Source: Candidatus Binatia bacterium (GTDB lineage Bacteria; Desulfobacterota; Binatia; UBA9968; JAJDTQ01). From it: 64,000 bases of DNA. Made by a program: the position numbers and the translations under genes. The DNA lies in contig OY762897.2 in the NCBI GenBank assembly GCA_963666515.2, positions 2,816,001 through 2,880,000 on the forward strand, written 5' to 3'. Numbering within the stretch: the stretch's first letter is position 1; every line of letters starts with the position of its first letter. The notes under the pieces were generated by a model. It was given only the letters and a program-made list of their open reading frames with translations. It made no database searches and was not told the DNA's origin. Shown here piece by piece: positions 60,629 to 64,000 of the stretch.

Positions 60629-61899
60629 TCAGGGCGAAGCAGCCGGCGCAGCGGCGTCTTTCCGGTACACGGGAAAGCGTTCGCACAGCGTCCGAACCTC
60701 GGCGGCGATGGCGGCCAGGCCGTCGTCGTCCCCGACATGCGCGAGGCCCCGCTCGATCAACCCGGCGACCACCTCCATCTCCGGCTCTTTCATGCCGCGG
60801 GTGGTGACGGCCGGAGTGCCGATGCGGACCCCGCTGGTGACGAACGGCGAGCGGGTCTCGAACGGCACGGTGTTGCGGTTGGCGGTGATCCCCGCCCGTT
60901 CCAGGGTCTCCTGGGCCAGCTTCCCGGTCAGCTCGGAGTCCCGCAAGTCCATGAGCATGAGGTGGTTGTCGGTGCCGCCCGACACCAGCCGGAACCCTCG
61001 TTCCGCCAACCCCCCGGCCAGGGCCTTGGCGTTGGCGACGATCTGCCGTTGATAGCTCGCGAACTCCGGCGTCAGCGCTTCCTTCAAGGCCACCGCCTTG
61101 GCGGCGATGACGTGCATGAGCGGACCTCCCTGCATGCCCGGAAAGACCCGGCTGTTGAGGGTCTTGGCGTGCTCTTCGCGGCAGAGGATCATTCCGCCGC
61201 GGGGCCCGCGCAACGTCTTGTGCGTCGTCGTGGTGACGTAGTCCGCGTAGGGGACCGGGCTCGGGTGGCAGCCGGCGGCCACCAGCCCGGCGATGTGGGC
61301 CATGTCCACCATCAGCAGCGCGCCCACCTCGTCGGCGATGGCGCGGAACCGCCCGTAGTCCACGGTGCCGGGTAGGCGCTGGCGCCCGCCACGATGAGCC
61401 GCGGGCGATGCTCGCGGGCCAGCTCGGCCAGGGCGTCGTAGTCGATGGTCTCCGTTTCCGCGGACACGCCGTAAGGCACCACGTTGTAGAGCCGCCCGGA
61501 GAAGTTCACCGGACTTCCCATGGACAGGTGGCCGCCGTGGGAGAGGTCCATCCCCAGGTAGGTGTCGCCGGGGTTCAGGACGGCGAAGTAGACCGCCATG
61601 TTGGCCTGGGTCCCGGAGTGCGGCTGGACGTTCACGTGCTCGGCCCCGAAGAGCTCCCTGGCCCGCTCCACGGCCAGACGCTCGACCACGTCCACGTACT
61701 CGCACCCGCCGTAGTAGCGCCGGCCCGGATAGCCTTCCGCGTACTTGTTGGTCATGAGGCAGCCCTGGGCTTCGAGAACCGCCTCGCTCACCACGTTCTC
61801 GGAGGCGATCAGCTCCAGGTTGCACTCCAGGCGCTCGCTCTCCTGATGGATCGCCTCGAAGACTTCCGGATCGACGTGCTCAAGGCTGGCGTGGATCAT
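60629..61899 (-). pseudogene. glyA: Serine hydroxymethyltransferase with a single-base frameshift at ~61368 (or sequencing error)
   Basis: [14 protein letters not shown] and SHGGHL lie in one frame; DMAH and [12 protein letters not shown] in another. One added base restores SAYPRTVDY and a 423-aa protein. Confidence 0.85.
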
Positions 61900-62132
61900 C
61901 GGTGACTTTCGATGTACTCGATGACGTCCTGCACCGTCTTGATCTTTTCGGCGTCTTCGTCGGAGATCTCCATCTCGTATTCTTCCTCCAACGCCATGAC
62001 CAGCTCGACGATGTCCAGCGAATCGGCTCCCAGGTCCTCGATGAACGAAGCTTCGGGGCTCACTTCACCGTCGCTCACTCCGAGTTGCTCGCATATGATT
62101 TCCTTGACCCTCGCCTCGACGTCCGTTGCCAT
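61896..62132 (-). CDS. acpP: Acyl carrier protein
   Basis: DLGADSLD motif; AGGAGG RBS; ATG 62132. Confidence 0.97.
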   Translation of the reverse strand: MATDVEARVKEIICEQLGVSDGEVSPEASFIEDLGADSLDIVELVMALEEEYEMEISDEDAEKIKTVQDVIEYIESHR

Positions 62133-62174
62133 ACCGTACCTCCTGTCTCTTCTCACCCGTCGCCGCCGGCGGCG

Positions 62175-62927
62175 TCACATGTACAGGCCGCCGTTGACGG
62201 CGATGGTCTGTCCGGTGATGTATTGACCCCCGGGACCGGCCAGGAACGCCACCGTCCCGGCCACGTCGCCGCCGCTGCCGAACCGGCCCAGGGGAATCGC
62301 GTCAAGATACTTGCTTCGGGTGCCCTCGTCCAGACCGGCGGTCATTTCCGTTTCGATGAAGCCCGGCGCGACGGCATTGACGGTGATCCCGCGCGGCGCC
62401 AGCTCCCGGGCCATGGACTTGGTAAAACCCACGATGCCCGCCTTGGAAGCGGCATAGACGGACTGCCCGACGTTTCCCGTTTGTCCGACCACCGAGGTCA
62501 GATTGACGATCCGGCCGCGCCGCTGCCGGATCATCCTCCTGCTGGCGGCCTTGGTGCAGTGGAACACGCCCCGCAGGTTGACGTCGATGATCCGTTCCCA
62601 GTCGGGGGCCGATTGGCGCAACAGCAGACCATCGACGGTCAACCCCGCATTGTTCACTAAAATATCAAGTTTCCCATGCCGGTCAACGACCTTCTTGAAA
62701 GCCTCCTCGACCTGATCCTGCCGGGCGACGTCGAACGGCGCCAGCTCGGCGCGGCCGTTGCCGTCGAGGACCTGCGCCAGCACGTCCTGCGCGGCTTCCC
62801 GGTTGTCCCGGTAGTTGATGATCACCGTGGCGCCCAGACGCGCCAGGCACAGCACGATCTCCCGCCCGATGCCCCGGCTGCCGCCCGTGACCAGCGCCAC
62901 CTCGTCCGCCAGCGACCCCGCGGCCAT
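62175..62927 (-). CDS. fabG: 3-oxoacyl-ACP reductase
   Basis: TGGSRGIG, NNAG, YAASK and GGLYM motifs; ATG 62927. Confidence 0.95.
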   Translation of the reverse strand: MAAGSLADEVALVTGGSRGIGREIVLCLARLGATVIINYRDNREAAQDVLAQVLDGNGRAELAPFDVARQDQVEEAFKKVVDRHGKLDILVNNAGLTVDGLLLRQSAPDWERIIDVNLRGVFHCTKAASRRMIRQRRGRIVNLTSVVGQTGNVGQSVYAASKAGIVGFTKSMARELAPRGITVNAVAPGFIETEMTAGLDEGTRSKYLDAIPLGRFGSGGDVAGTVAFLAGPGGQYITGQTIAVNGGLYM

Positions 62928-62929
62928 GA

Positions 62930-63877
62930 TCAGCCTCGCGCCTCCGCCGGCAGCTTCTCCAGATCCTCGGGCTTCTCCAGGTTGAAAGTCTTCACCTGTC
63001 GATCGATGCGCCTGATGAGCCCGGACAGGACCTTTCCCGGCCCCACCTCGACGGCGCACTCGCAGCCGAGCTGCTTCAACGCCTCCACCGACTCCTCCCA
63101 CCGGACCGGCGCCACCACCTGCTCCACCAGCAGCGGCTTGACCCGCTCGGCGTCCGAGTTGAGGGCCGCCTCCACGTTGGTGACCACCCCCACCGAGAGC
63201 GGCCCCACCTCGACGCGCTCCAGCACGTCCCGCAGTCCCTCGGCCGCGGGCCGCATGAGCGCGCAGTGGAACGGAGCGCTCACCGCCAACTCCACCACCA
63301 TCCTCGCGTCCCGGTCCCGGGCCATTTGCGACGCCCGCTGCACCGCGGCGCGGGCGCCCGAAACCACCACCTGTCCGCCGCCGTTCAGGTTGGCCGGCGC
63401 CAGCACCTCGCCGTTTGCGGCCTCCTCGCAGATCTCCCGCACCGCGGCCGCATCCAGCCCGATGACCGCCGCCATCGCGCCCTCGCCCTGGGGCACGGCT
63501 TCCTGCATCAGGCGGCCCCGCTCGCGGACCACGGTGACGGCATCCGCCAACCCCAACGCCCCCGCACACACCAGCGCGCTGTACTCGCCGAGGCTGTGTC
63601 CGGCCGCCCACGCGGGCTTGAGCCCGCCGCGGTGTTCGAGGACCCGCAGGGCCGCCACCGACACGGTGACGATGGCAGGCTGGGTGTATTCCGTGCGGTT
63701 CAGGTCGGCTTCGGGACCGCGGAAGCACAACTCGCGCAGCCCCAGGCCCAGGGCGTCCTCGGCTTCCTCGAAAACGGCCCGGGCCTCGGCGAACTCGTCG
63801 CACAGGGCCTGCCCCATGCCCACCGCCTGTGAGCCCTGCCCCGGGAAAACGAAAGCGATGTTCTCTCCGCCCGGCAT
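62930..63877 (-). CDS. fabD: Malonyl-CoA:ACP transacylase
   Basis: FPGQGSQ, GHSLGE and SAPFH motifs. Confidence 0.96.
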   Translation of the reverse strand: MPGGENIAFVFPGQGSQAVGMGQALCDEFAEARAVFEEAEDALGLGLRELCFRGPEADLNRTEYTQPAIVTVSVAALRVLEHRGGLKPAWAAGHSLGEYSALVCAGALGLADAVTVVRERGRLMQEAVPQGEGAMAAVIGLDAAAVREICEEAANGEVLAPANLNGGGQVVVSGARAAVQRASQMARDRDARMVVELAVSAPFHCALMRPAAEGLRDVLERVEVGPLSVGVVTNVEAALNSDAERVKPLLVEQVVAPVRWEESVEALKQLGCECAVEVGPGKVLSGLIRRIDRQVKTFNLEKPEDLEKLPAEARG

Positions 63878-64000
63878 CAGGCCTCCCGGTTCAACGCGCC
63901 CACGATATAGCCGTTGATGTCCTGCGACACGGCTTCCGCGGCCACCCGCACGGCGTTCTTGATGGCCTTGGCGGAGGAGCCTCCGTGGGCGACGATGGCG
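63877..64000 (-). CDS. plsX: Phosphate acyltransferase, C-terminal end only
   Basis: Manual translation AIVAHGGSSAKAIKNAVRVAAEAV...REA*; its TGA overlaps the fabD ATG. Confidence 0.85.
   Translation of the reverse strand, partial: AIVAHGGSSAKAIKNAVRVAAEAVSQDINGYIVGALNREA

Noticed and set aside
1-64000. tRNA, rRNA, transposase, integrase, reverse transcriptase or prophage genes
   Set aside because: None recognised in the sequence or the ORF translations.

Overview
High-GC bacterial window. Gene content and order suggest a Deltaproteobacteria-like or Binatia-like lineage, possibly host-associated; this is inference only. (1) 1-29.3 kb holds two giant secreted repeat proteins pointing away from each other. 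One is a Calx-beta repeat protein (- strand, runs off the left edge, absent from the ORF track) behind a sigma54/IHF/enhancer-type promoter. The other is a ~6600-aa FN3/LRR autotransporter-type adhesin behind a Fur-like operator. Between them lie parA-like, HU, TreT-like and DUF502 genes. (2) 29.3-50.9 kb is accessory metabolism. The - strand carries a formyltransferase-like gene, a PaaK-like CoA ligase, an hcrC-hcrA-hcrB-like molybdoenzyme and an EHD/dynamin-like NTPase. Divergently transcribed are a VOC protein, a degenerate IspH-fold Fe-S protein, a UbiD enzyme and a SLOG protein, followed by transporters, an amidohydrolase, pncB, a class II aldolase and an atypical tatC. (3) 50.9-64 kb is housekeeping: murJ, rpsT, lptE, leuS, nusB, rib genes, nrdR, glyA (frameshifted), acpP, fabG, fabD and partial plsX. 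The best candidates for new biology are the VOC/IspH-like/UbiD/SLOG operon and the VLR-like hypervariable LRR block. All family assignments come from motif recognition by eye; no database searches were run.
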